Assembly: GCA_048938005.1 (NCBI GenBank)
Contig: JBHLMQ010000004.1
Location: 66,447-130,446 of the forward strand
From: Promethearchaeota archaeon
Lineage (GTDB): Archaea; Asgardarchaeota; Lokiarchaeia; Sigyniarchaeales; SOKP01
Direction of reading: 5' to 3'
DNA length: 64,000 nt
A program made the position numbers and the translations under genes. Shown piece by piece: positions 20,074 through 29,761 of this stretch. The notes beneath the pieces are model-generated. The model worked only from the letters and a program-made list of their open reading frames with translations. It was not told the DNA's origin and made no database searches. Position 1 is the first letter of the stretch; each line of letters opens with the position of its first letter.

Positions 20074-20499
20074 TTAGGTTTTATGTCTTAAGATTGAATA
20101 TGCCGTTCTTTCTAACAAACTTGTTCCTTCAACAGATATTGTCCTTCCTTCTTTTTCCTTTTTCTCAACTAAATTGGCATTTTCTAATTGTTGTAAAGCA
20201 ATTCTAATAATTTTGCCACTTCCTTTTGCCGAGTGATGCAATCCTGGGCCTTTTTTGTTTCTTCCACCATAGAATTTTCTAAGTTTATTAACACCTATAG
20301 GTCCAAATTTTTTTACTTTTCTAAGAATTGAAGCACATCTTATATACCAGAACTTTTCAGAGTCCATTGGGGCTAATTCTTTGAAAAAAGCGGTCTTCCA
20401 AAATTCTAAACCTTCAGGAGGCGAAATTTCAGGATACTCCCTTAGTTTTTCCGCTATTGCTTCGACAAGTTTTTCCGGTTGAACGACATATATAGACAT
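20074..20499 (-). CDS. rps19e: 30S ribosomal protein S19e
   Basis: WYIRCASILRK, YGGR, GSGKIIR.ALQQLE. Confidence 0.97.
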   Translation of the reverse strand: MSIYVVQPEKLVEAIAEKLREYPEISPPEGLEFWKTAFFKELAPMDSEKFWYIRCASILRKVKKFGPIGVNKLRKFYGGRNKKGPGLHHSAKGSGKIIRIALQQLENANLVEKKEKEGRTISVEGTSLLERTAYSILRHKT

Positions 20500-20592
20500 G
20501 TTAATCTTTAATTCTATATTTCTTTATTAAATATGATACGTTTTAAAAGTCAGAATAAATTAAAAATTTTATCATTTTAAGAACAAAAGACG

Positions 20593-20862
20593 ATGTATAA
20601 CGAGGAGTTTAAAAAAGTAATGCTTGGAGAACCTCATGTCATTTTGGGTAAGAAGGGGATAACAGAGGAGTATATAAATCACATTCTTAAACTTTTAAAA
20701 AGATTTAAAATAATAAAAATAAAAGCTTTAAGATCCATTGCAAATAAATCAAATATAAGAGCATTAGCTTCGGAAACCTCAAAATTAACAGATTCTTATT
20801 TACTTGATGTTAGAGGAAATATTTTTGTACTTTCTTTATATAATATTAAAAAGTTAAATTAA
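20593..20862 (+). CDS. YhbY/CRM RNA-binding protein
   Basis: P..ILGKKGIT, IIKIK, DVRGN. Confidence 0.85.
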   Translation: MYNEEFKKVMLGEPHVILGKKGITEEYINHILKLLKRFKIIKIKALRSIANKSNIRALASETSKLTDSYLLDVRGNIFVLSLYNIKKLN

Positions 20863-20884
20863 AATAGCTCTCATGATTATTTAA

Positions 20885-21259
20885 ATGCCTAAAAGTAATA
20901 GAAATTATAAGTATATAGTAAAAAAAATTGCAAATTCGCGAATGCTTTATTTATTTCAAAGGGCTCATGAATTATTTCCTAAAAATAAAACTTTAGCAAA
21001 TAGATACACTTATTTAGCAAGACGTTATGCTCAAAGAGCCAAAATAAAAATCCCATTTGAGTGGAAAAAACGTATATGTCATAAATGTAAAATGTTCCTC
21101 TACCCTGGATTAAATTATAGAGTTAGAATGCACTCACATAATGGAAAGGGATCTCATATCTCCTTAACTTGTTTTGAATGCAATAAAACTACTAGATACT
21201 TCATTAAATTAAAAAATGTCTCTAATAATGATAAAAACCAACAAAAAGAAATTATTTGA
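20885..21259 (+). CDS. rnp4: RNase P protein component 4 (Rpp21)
   Basis: KKRICHKC..LYPG..CFEC. Confidence 0.92.
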   Translation: MPKSNRNYKYIVKKIANSRMLYLFQRAHELFPKNKTLANRYTYLARRYAQRAKIKIPFEWKKRICHKCKMFLYPGLNYRVRMHSHNGKGSHISLTCFECNKTTRYFIKLKNVSNNDKNQQKEII

Positions 21260-21267
21260 AATAATAT

Positions 21268-21942
21268 ATGCCTTTAATTATTATTCTTGTTGAATGTGGA
21301 GTAGAATTAATACCTAAGAAAATAAGAAATCATTCTTCAGTTAAGAGAAATCTCTCCTCTAAGATTTATTCTTCTCAACTCTTAGATAATGCACTTCATC
21401 ATACGGCAATGATCAATTTACGCAATGCTGAAAAGAGAGGACGTCCTGACATTACCCACTTATGTTTATTGAACGCTTTAGGTTCACCTCTAAATAAAAG
21501 TGGGAATTTAAAAATATTTCTCCATACAATTCATAACAAAATATTCGAAATAAATCCAAAAATTAGAATTGCAAAGAATTTCAATAGATTTAAAGGGTTA
21601 ATGGCTAAGCTGTTAATAGATGGAAATATAGTAACAGAAACTACAAATCTAATATTACCATTTCAAGGAAATTTAAAGGAACTTATAACTACATTTGAAA
21701 GTTCTGAAATTATTTTATTTTCAAGTAAGGGTAATTTAATAAAAAATTATAAAGATTTATTTAGAGAGGATTTTACAAAAAATTACATAGCAATTGTAGG
21801 CGGATTTCAAAAAACCAGTTTCTCAAAAGAGATTCTTGATCTTTCAGAAAATTTAATTTCAATTTCACATTACCCTTTAGAAGCATGGGTCGTTATAAAT
21901 AAAATTATAACCTATTATGAACTGACTTATGAAATCCAATAA
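21268..21942 (+). CDS. nep1: 16S rRNA pseudouridine methyltransferase Nep1
   Basis: RGRPDITH.CLL, R.FKGLM.KLL, VGGF. Confidence 0.92.
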   Translation: MPLIIILVECGVELIPKKIRNHSSVKRNLSSKIYSSQLLDNALHHTAMINLRNAEKRGRPDITHLCLLNALGSPLNKSGNLKIFLHTIHNKIFEINPKIRIAKNFNRFKGLMAKLLIDGNIVTETTNLILPFQGNLKELITTFESSEIILFSSKGNLIKNYKDLFREDFTKNYIAIVGGFQKTSFSKEILDLSENLISISHYPLEAWVVINKIITYYELTYEIQ

Positions 21943-21984
21943 AATAACTAAAGTTAAAAGAAATGGTGCTTTTTTTCATTATAA

Positions 21985-22087
21985 GCGTCGCTAGTCTAGG
22001 GGTAAGGATTCCGGCCTTCCAAGCCGGTGACCCGGGAAGATAATTCTGTTTCAGAATTTTTCGGGATTTCGATTCCCGGGCGACGCA
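21985..22087 (+). tRNA. tRNA-Gly(TCC) with a 31-nt intron at 53/54 (22037-22067)
   Basis: Acceptor GCGTCGC/GCGACGC, anticodon arm CCGGC-CTTCCAA-GCCGG; strict BHB CCCG/CGGG with bulges GGA and ATT. Confidence 0.95.
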
Positions 22088-22259
22088 TTCCTTCAAGGAA
22101 TAAATACTTTGTTCTAAAATCTATATGGCAGTAAATATTATGTATTAAATTTTCGTGAAAGGATGGTTTCACGATCTTTTTTTTCAAAATCTCTCAGAGT
22201 AAATTATACTTATTTTTCAAAAAGCAAAAGGTTAAATGTACATATTTGTATGTTATTGT

Positions 22260-22336
22260 TGAAAAAACGCCCAGCAAATATAAACCATTCCATATTATGA
22301 TCACTTCTTTGTTTGTATTAAAAAGGCGTTTTTTCA
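22260..22336 (+). other. 12-bp inverted repeat, candidate small RNA
   Basis: TGAAAAAACGCC...GGCGTTTTTTCA; BRE/TATA-like AAAAGGTTAAAT about 25 nt upstream. Confidence 0.4.
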
Positions 22337-22423
22337 CTTCTTTTGAAATTTTTATCTTTTTCTTTCATTAATCTTAAATTCTTTATTTTACTATTGACCA
22401 ATACTAAAATATAACTCGATATA

Positions 22424-23551
22424 ATGGTCAAATATATTTATAAAGAATTCAAAACAACTTTAAATAAATTAAAATATCCAGATTCATGGTTTTGGTCGCG
22501 ATATACTTTAAATACTTATTCTGGATGTGCTCATGCTTGTATATATTGTGATGCGCGAAGTCAGCGATATTATTTAGAAGATTTTGAAAATGAAGTTATA
22601 ATCAAAACTGATTTTGACAAAAAGTTAGATCAGAGACTTAAAAGGGCTCGAACGTTATTACCTGATGTTATTGCCCCTGGTGGAGTAAATGACGCTTATC
22701 AACCAATTGAAAAGAAAATAGAACACACTAGAAAAGTCTTTCAAGTTATCTCAAAACATAAATTTCCAATTAATATCGCTACTAAATCAAAAATAGTTAC
22801 TCGAGATATAGATATTCTTAAACAAATCGCTAATGATACTTGGTGCACGGTAGGGTTTTCCATATCAACTACAAATGAAGAATTAGCGAAGTTTTTAGAA
22901 CCATATTCATCTCCACCTTCAGAACGACTTGAAGCATTAAAAACAATAAAGAAGGATGCTCCAGAGATTCATACAGGTACATATTTCATCCCTATCATCC
23001 CATTTTTAGAAGATGATGATGAAAATTTAGAAGATGTATTTAAAAAAACTAAACAGACGGGAGCAGATTTTATATTAATTAGTCCTGGATTAACAATGAG
23101 AGATCAACAAGCAGAATATTTCATTAAAAAACTTAAAAACAGTGATTATAAATATGTGGTAAAACCCCTTCTTAATTTATATAAAGGTGAGATGCATCCA
23201 TCAAGCGGTTATTACAAAAAAATGCATTCAAAATTGCTCGATTTAGCACAGAAGTATCAATTACCTCTTCGTATAAATAGGTGGATTCCTAAAGATTTTA
23301 GACAATACAATTATAAAATTTCAGAGATTTTGTTAAATAAGGAGTATTTAGATCATATAACTGCAGGGAAATCAAATAACACATTAAAATGGGCTGGATT
23401 AAAGCTCAATAATCTCAAGGAATCAATATATAACATATATAAGAATGATAAAATTTATGAATTGGAAGGTTTTTATAAAAAGGAAATTGAATTGATTGTT
23501 CCCTATTTAGAAAAGATTGAAAAAAAAACTAATTTGGATAAATTTTTATAA
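22424..23551 (+). CDS. SplB/Rv2578c-like radical SAM protein (probable DNA repair)
   Basis: NTYSGCAHACIYC, DAYQPIE, TKS..V.RD. Confidence 0.85.
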   Translation: MVKYIYKEFKTTLNKLKYPDSWFWSRYTLNTYSGCAHACIYCDARSQRYYLEDFENEVIIKTDFDKKLDQRLKRARTLLPDVIAPGGVNDAYQPIEKKIEHTRKVFQVISKHKFPINIATKSKIVTRDIDILKQIANDTWCTVGFSISTTNEELAKFLEPYSSPPSERLEALKTIKKDAPEIHTGTYFIPIIPFLEDDDENLEDVFKKTKQTGADFILISPGLTMRDQQAEYFIKKLKNSDYKYVVKPLLNLYKGEMHPSSGYYKKMHSKLLDLAQKYQLPLRINRWIPKDFRQYNYKISEILLNKEYLDHITAGKSNNTLKWAGLKLNNLKESIYNIYKNDKIYELEGFYKKEIELIVPYLEKIEKKTNLDKFL

Positions 23552-23593
23552 TATTATATTAGTGAAATGCTTTCAAAAACAGACTGATTTTAA

Positions 23594-24343
23594 ATGGTAG
23601 AAATCGATAAAGTCATTTCAGAAATAAAAACTTCACTAGATAATCAAAAGTCTATTTTATCTGAAGATCAAATAAGTAGAATGTATAAAATAATAAATCC
23701 AGATATTAATGATTATATTATTTTAGGTGTAAGAACTGCTGAAATAGAGAAAATCGCTAGGAATGCTCAAAATAAATATAATCCTTTATTTGATGACGCA
23801 AAAGAAATATTTAAAATTCTGGCAAAATCTAATGTGGAGGAATATAAATTTGCGTCTTTTTTCTTTCTCAATAGGTATAAAAAATTATTTACTAATTCTA
23901 TCCCTGAATTTTTTAAAACTGAGTTTTACCCTTATTGTCACACTTGGAGTACATGTGACAGTAGCTGCATAAGAGTTTTAGGACCATTCCTCGCAAAAAA
24001 AAAGAATGAACAACTAGCTAAAATCACTATTAATAAATGGGCTCAAAATGAATCACTATGGATAAAACGAGCTTCTATAGTAATACTTTTGAAAATAATT
24101 ATGGTTCATAAAGAGTTTAACGAGAGATATGTGTTTCACAAAGTAGAAGAAATGCTGAATTTTTCGACCGAAAATTATATTGAAAAGGGAATCGGTTGGC
24201 TCCTAAAAACTTGTTCAAAATATAATCCTGATTCAATTTTCGATTACTTAATGAAAAATAAAAATAGATTACCTCGTCTAATACTCAGGTACGCAAGTGA
24301 AAAATTGCCAAAAGGAAAAAGAGCATTAATTTTAGAAAAATAA
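23594..24343 (+). CDS. DNA alkylation repair protein (AlkD family)
   Basis: W..CD, W..RAS, IEKGIGWLLK, RYA.EKL. Confidence 0.88.
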   Translation: MVEIDKVISEIKTSLDNQKSILSEDQISRMYKIINPDINDYIILGVRTAEIEKIARNAQNKYNPLFDDAKEIFKILAKSNVEEYKFASFFFLNRYKKLFTNSIPEFFKTEFYPYCHTWSTCDSSCIRVLGPFLAKKKNEQLAKITINKWAQNESLWIKRASIVILLKIIMVHKEFNERYVFHKVEEMLNFSTENYIEKGIGWLLKTCSKYNPDSIFDYLMKNKNRLPRLILRYASEKLPKGKRALILEK

Positions 24344-24543
24344 CAGATTCACATAAAAAAGACAAAATCCTTTTGTATATAAACCTATTAGGAATGAATT
24401 TACAATTTCTGATCTCGCAAACTTTTGGACTTTAAATACCTATAGCAGACACATATGAAAAAACTTTATATGATATTTTTTCCTTTTTAAATTACGAATT
24501 TTGATATTTTAAAATAGTTTAGCATATCAAAATTTTCATCATT

Positions 24544-24705
24544 GGCAAGGTGGCGTAGAGGTTCTTCGCTTTCTGAAGATCTGCGAAACCCGGGAACGCA
24601 CCAGATCTATCGAATAAATCGATACAGGTGATACTGAAGATCTGGGTATCGTGGGTTCAAAAAAAAAGTTCCTTTCGAGCTTTTTAGAAATTCCCACCCT
24701 TGCCA
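24544..24705 (+). tRNA. tRNA-Phe(GAA) with three introns (~24559-24588 D-loop, 24605-24632 at 30/31, ~24662-24691 T-loop)
   Basis: Acceptor GGCAAGG/CCTTGCC, D stem GCGT/ACGC, spliced anticodon arm CCAGA-CTGAAGA-TCTGG, T stem GTGGG/CCCAC; each insert has BHB-like ends. Confidence 0.88.
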
Positions 24706-24859
24706 AACTTAATAAATTTGTATATTTATTTCAATCTTTGTTTTAAATTATCTACCATTTCTTTGGCATAATTATCTTTTGATTTTTTGTAAATACCTCC
24801 ATCTTATCTTTCTAATAAAGATTTAAAAAAGACTTTTAATTTACAAGTTTAGATTTAAA

Positions 24860-26053
24860 ATGAGATATGATTTTGATAGAATAATTGACTGTTCTGAAAC
24901 TAATTCACTTAAATGGGATAAACACTCTCTTAGAGAACATTTTAAAACCGATGTGGTTTTGCCTTTCTGGGTTGCTGATATGGATTTTCAATGTCCTCAA
25001 CCAGTTGTTGATGCTGTAAAAAAGAGAGTAGTTCAAGAAATTTTTGGATATAGTTGGCATAAAACACCCTCTTATTTAAATGCCGTAGCAAATTGGATGA
25101 GACGAAGACATAAATGGGAAATTGATACTGATTGGATAGTATACAGTCCTGGCATAGTACCCGCTACTTGTATGTTAATTCAAACTTTTTCTAATATCGG
25201 AGAGAAAATAATTATCCAGCCACCAGTTTATTATCCTTTTTTTACAGCGATACAAAGCAATGGGCGTAAACTGTTAACCAATCAATTACATTATGAAAAT
25301 AAGAAATATACTATTGATTTTGATGATTTTGAAAAGAAAGCTAAAGATCCTCTGACGAAGATGTTTATTCTCTGTAGTCCTCATAATCCTGTAGGACGCG
25401 TGTGGACTGAAAAAGAACTAAGAAGGCTTGGAGATATTTGCTTAGAAAATGATATTTTGATAGTTTCAGACGAAATTCATCACGATTTAATCCTTTCAGG
25501 GTATAGACACACTCTATTTTCCACAATATCAGAAGAATTTGAGAAAAATACAATTATATGCACTGCACCAAGTAAGACATTTAATATGGCAGGATTACAA
25601 ATTTCTAATATCATAATTCCGGATGAAAAGATGAGAGCATCATTCACTAATACCATACTTAACAGGAATGGTCTGATGACTCCAAATGCTTTTGGTATTG
25701 TTGCCTTAATAGCGGCCTACAATGATGGTGAAGAATGGTTGAGCCAAGTATTGGAATATATTGAAGCTAATTTCAAGTTTCTAAAAGAATTCGTTTATGA
25801 AAACCTCCCAGACGTTGACTTTATAGATCCTGAAGGAACATATCTAGCTTGGTTAGATTTTAGTAAATTGGGAATGGATGGCCAAAATCTTCGTGAATTT
25901 ATGCTTAAGCAAGCAAAAGTTGCCTTAGATGATGGAAAAATATTTGGACCAGGTGGAGAAGGATTCGAAAGAATAAATGTAGCGTGCCCAAGATCGCTCT
26001 TAAAAGAGTGTATGATTAGAATCGTAAATGCTTTAAAAGAGAAATCTATATAA
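24860..26053 (+). CDS. MalY/PatB family PLP-dependent C-S lyase
   Basis: WVADMDF, LCSPHNPVGR, SDEIH, APSKTFN. Confidence 0.93.
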   Translation: MRYDFDRIIDCSETNSLKWDKHSLREHFKTDVVLPFWVADMDFQCPQPVVDAVKKRVVQEIFGYSWHKTPSYLNAVANWMRRRHKWEIDTDWIVYSPGIVPATCMLIQTFSNIGEKIIIQPPVYYPFFTAIQSNGRKLLTNQLHYENKKYTIDFDDFEKKAKDPLTKMFILCSPHNPVGRVWTEKELRRLGDICLENDILIVSDEIHHDLILSGYRHTLFSTISEEFEKNTIICTAPSKTFNMAGLQISNIIIPDEKMRASFTNTILNRNGLMTPNAFGIVALIAAYNDGEEWLSQVLEYIEANFKFLKEFVYENLPDVDFIDPEGTYLAWLDFSKLGMDGQNLREFMLKQAKVALDDGKIFGPGGEGFERINVACPRSLLKECMIRIVNALKEKSI

Positions 26054-26080
26054 TTCCTTACGTCAAGGATTATAAAAAAT

Positions 26081-26599
26081 CTAATAAACTGATAATGTCT
26101 GGTTCCGTCTTGAATCCTTATCTATAAAATCCTTAAATTTTTCATGGTTTTCATCTATAAATTCCCAAAATTCATCATATATTTCTTCAAGGGTCATTTT
26201 GTTTTGATGAGAAGGCTTTTTTTGATATTCATTTTTTTTGCTTTTAGTGTTTTTTGGTTTATATTCAAGGTAATTCCCTTCTAGAATTAAATTTTCATAA
26301 AGTTCATCATCATTTTGTTTGAAACTTCTGAGATTTGAAAAATCTTCTCGATTCGATTTATTTTCAATTTCAAAATCTACTCGTTGATATCCTCGAACCT
26401 GAAAATTCTTATCTACAAATGCTTGGAATTGATGTTCACATACCAATCCTCGTGCTATTGACATTGTAGTTAATTGTTTTGCTTCTTCAATAACAGATTT
26501 AGGAATTTCTAATGATTTTTTAGATTTACACACTGGACAAATAAAATGAATCTTCGAAGTGTTAATATTTACATTGCCTTCAGCTTTAGTAATTGCCAT
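26081..26599 (-). CDS. Hypothetical protein with a CPxC...CxH Zn-binding motif
   Basis: FICPVC...VCEHQFQAFVDKNF.VRGYQ. Confidence 0.7.
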   Translation of the reverse strand: MAITKAEGNVNINTSKIHFICPVCKSKKSLEIPKSVIEEAKQLTTMSIARGLVCEHQFQAFVDKNFQVRGYQRVDFEIENKSNREDFSNLRSFKQNDDELYENLILEGNYLEYKPKNTKSKKNEYQKKPSHQNKMTLEEIYDEFWEFIDENHEKFKDFIDKDSRRNQTLSVY

Positions 26600-26719
26600 T
26601 ATGACACCTTCTTGAGTTCATCTAAAATAAATAATAAAAACCCCATTTATTTCTTAAAGAAAGGGATGAGATTTAAGAAAAGAGACATTACCTATTAAGT
26701 AATTTATTAATTATCCAAA

Positions 26720-27262
26720 TTAGGTATTATTCGGATCAAATTTAATATCCATGTTTCTTTCATCCAATTCAAAATTGATTTCTAAATTTGACACTAAAGC
26801 GCTTTCAATTTTAAAATGGTGCTCGCCTTCTGTAAATTTCTTTAAAGAGTCCTCATTTAATTTTATTAAAATACTAATACTATCATTTAAATTAATGGTT
26901 CTACCACTTAATTTACCTTCCATAACATCATTTAAATTAAAGGACTCTCCTTTATGGTAAATCAATATACGATTCTTTATAATATCTAGATTTACACTTT
27001 CTTTAGAAAAATTTAATTCTATATTATCTAAGAAAAATTTAGCATATTTAGAAAAATCAAGATCATCAGGAACAAATTTTTTTGAACTGAAATCTCCTAT
27101 TTCAATTTCTTCAGGAATCACGAATGGTATAATTAGATTTAGAATTTTTATCTGAATTGAATCTGTTTTTCCATCACCAGTAGTATCTACTGTAAAAACA
27201 CTTTCTTTTGGAGGAAAAATTTTCCTTATTAATACTTTAAAAGCAGATAAGTCAAATGGAAT
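26720..27262 (-). CDS. Hypothetical protein, probable ATT start
   Basis: Frame stays open 47 codons upstream of the track's GTG, up to an ATT preceded by AGGTTGA. Confidence 0.6.
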   Translation of the reverse strand: MPFDLSAFKVLIRKIFPPKESVFTVDTTGDGKTDSIQIKILNLIIPFVIPEEIEIGDFSSKKFVPDDLDFSKYAKFFLDNIELNFSKESVNLDIIKNRILIYHKGESFNLNDVMEGKLSGRTINLNDSISILIKLNEDSLKKFTEGEHHFKIESALVSNLEINFELDERNMDIKFDPNNT

Positions 27263-27311
27263 AAGCTATCAACCTATTTTTTTTTCTATAGATATTATAA
27301 GTTTTATTAAT

Positions 27312-28334
27312 TTATTTATCTACTTCAGAAATCCTTACAGGACGGTTTTCTTCATAAGATTTCTGAGCAGCTAATGCTACAAGAACATTTTGCAAACCAT
27401 CGGCCCCATTAGGTTTAGGTTCTATATTTTTACTTAAACATTCAAGGAAATATTTCAATTCAGTCGAATATGATTCCATGTATCGTTCCATGAAAAAGTA
27501 TGGAATCTTGTCAATATTAGTACATTCCGCAGTATAAATACGGACAGTGTTAGTTGCCTCATTGTCAGCCACCACACATCCTTTAGAACCAAACACTTCA
27601 ACACGTTGGTCATAACCGTAGACAGCTTGACGAGTATTATCAATTATGCATATAGCTCCATTTCTAAATTTTAAAACGGCTACAGCGGTATCTATATCTC
27701 CTACCTTTCCAATTTCAGGATCAATAAGTACTGCTCCAGTTGCATAGACTTCTTCCACTTCACTTCCAGCTTGGAATCTTGCCATATCCCAATCATGAAT
27801 AGTCATATCAAGAAAAATTCCCCCTGAGACCTTTATATATTCTATTGGAGGGGGAGTAGGATCTCGAGAAGTAATTTTAATAATTTGAGGTTCACCGATT
27901 TGACCAGAAACAATTGCTTCATGGCATCTTATAAAATTACGATCAAAACGTCTATTAAACCCTACCATGAGTTTTATTCCTGTTTCTTTAACAATTGAAA
28001 GAGTTTCCTTTATCCGTTTTATGTCAGTATCAATAGGTTTCTCACAAAAGACCTGTTTATTTGCCTTAGCAGCTTCCTGAATTAATTTCGTATGAGAATC
28101 TGTAGGTGAACAAATAACTACTATCTCAATTTCAGGATCGTTAAATATTTCATTTACATCCGAACTGAGATTTAATACACCAATTTCTGTTGCCCATTGT
28201 CTTAATTTGTCATTTATTTTAATATCAGCTACAATTTTTAAATTAACATTAGGTATTTTGCGCAAAAGGTTTTCAATATGTATTTTGCCAATTCTACCTG
28301 CCCCAATTACTCCAATTGTAAACTTTTTAACCAA
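27312..28334 (-). CDS. iolG: Inositol 2-dehydrogenase
   Basis: GAGRIG, CEKP, GFNRRFD, SRDP, DMTIHD, YGYDQR.E. Confidence 0.93.
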   Translation of the reverse strand: MVKKFTIGVIGAGRIGKIHIENLLRKIPNVNLKIVADIKINDKLRQWATEIGVLNLSSDVNEIFNDPEIEIVVICSPTDSHTKLIQEAAKANKQVFCEKPIDTDIKRIKETLSIVKETGIKLMVGFNRRFDRNFIRCHEAIVSGQIGEPQIIKITSRDPTPPPIEYIKVSGGIFLDMTIHDWDMARFQAGSEVEEVYATGAVLIDPEIGKVGDIDTAVAVLKFRNGAICIIDNTRQAVYGYDQRVEVFGSKGCVVADNEATNTVRIYTAECTNIDKIPYFFMERYMESYSTELKYFLECLSKNIEPKPNGADGLQNVLVALAAQKSYEENRPVRISEVDK

Positions 28335-28495
28335 AATATGTCACTTAAAAACCTATAATTTATTAATTTCAGAATTTATGAGAAATTTACTATCTTCAAA
28401 GTTTTTAATGAAGAATTATAGATTTATATTTATTTAAGTCTAAATTGATTTAATTAATTAAAAATTTATTATTAAACAATAAAAGTGTTAGCTTA

Positions 28496-29701
28496 ATGAG
28501 TGAAACAAATATTCAAGTTTATAGATACCGTTGGACAGTTCTTTTATTATTTATGGTAGAAAATATTACATTACAGATGTTATGGATTAGTTTTGCACCT
28601 GTGAGAAGCCTTGCCGTAACTTTTTATGGAGTTGATGCGCTTTCTATAGATTTATTGGCAATGAGTTTTATGATTGTATATATTCCAATTACTTTCCTAT
28701 CGGCTTGGGTTATTGATAAATATGGTTTTAAAATAGGAGCAGGAATAGGAGCAATAATCGCAGGACTTTTTGGATTATTAAGATTTGTAGCATTCAATGA
28801 TTATTTACTTGCATTAATATTTCAAATAGGAATCGGTATAGGGCAACCATTTATTCTCAATGCTGTAACAAAATTATCTGCTAATTGGTTTCCTGATGAT
28901 GAAAGAACAACTGCTACTGGTCTTGCCTTAATATCACAGTTTCTCGGAATTGCGTTAGGTATGTTCATTACACCAATTCTTGTACCAACAAGTGATCTTC
29001 TACCTATGTTGCTTACGTACGGCATTATTTCTTTGATTTCTGGAGCAATATTTGTAGCGTTTGTTAAAGATAAACCACCAACTCCACCCACAAAAGCCAT
29101 CGTTGAAGAAAAAGTTTTAATGTCTGAAGGTTTGAAAAAATTATTTATAAATAGGCATTTCATTATTCTATTTATTCTATTTTTCTTAGGCCTTGGAATT
29201 TTTAATACAGTAACTACTTATATAGAAGGAATTGTAGGAGGTAAAGGTTATGGTCCTGCTTTTGCTGGAACATTAGGTGCTTTAATGTTATTAGGAGGAA
29301 TCGTAGGTTGTGTTGTAATGTCTCTTTTATCAGATAAATATAAAAAGCGAAAAATTTTACTAATAATTTCACTTTCAATAGCGGTGATTTCTCTATTCAT
29401 AATTACATTCACAAACGATGAAATTATGTTGAATACATTTGGATTTTTATTAGGTTTTGGCTTACTTTCAGCAGGACCAGTTGGTCTTGAATTTGCTGTT
29501 GATTTAACAAAACCAGTACCAGAAGCAAGCTCCACTGGAATGTTAATGATGGTTGGTCAAATAGGGGGTATTTTACTTATTCTTACCTTAGAAGGTGCTA
29601 AAATAGGCATTGATTACTGGCCTGCTTTGCTAATTCAATCAATTTTTCTTGTTATAGCTTTAGTATTAACATTCTTCTTAAAAGAGACAAAAAGTGAATA
29701 A
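28496..29701 (+). CDS. MFS transporter (FLVCR-like)
   Basis: About 12 TM helices, YRYRW, WFP..ERT.A, PPTPP. Confidence 0.9.
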   Translation: MSETNIQVYRYRWTVLLLFMVENITLQMLWISFAPVRSLAVTFYGVDALSIDLLAMSFMIVYIPITFLSAWVIDKYGFKIGAGIGAIIAGLFGLLRFVAFNDYLLALIFQIGIGIGQPFILNAVTKLSANWFPDDERTTATGLALISQFLGIALGMFITPILVPTSDLLPMLLTYGIISLISGAIFVAFVKDKPPTPPTKAIVEEKVLMSEGLKKLFINRHFIILFILFFLGLGIFNTVTTYIEGIVGGKGYGPAFAGTLGALMLLGGIVGCVVMSLLSDKYKKRKILLIISLSIAVISLFIITFTNDEIMLNTFGFLLGFGLLSAGPVGLEFAVDLTKPVPEASSTGMLMMVGQIGGILLILTLEGAKIGIDYWPALLIQSIFLVIALVLTFFLKETKSE

Positions 29702-29761
29702 ACAAATTCTTTATTTTTTTATTTTTTCTTAAATATAATTTTATTAGATTAAATAATCAAG

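Noticed and set aside
21905-22187. Two 63-aa minus-strand ORFs
   Set aside because: They overlap tRNA-Gly and are spurious
24497-24534. 11-bp inverted repeat upstream of tRNA-Phe
   Set aside because: Very AT-rich, so plausible by chance or as an ordinary leader hairpin
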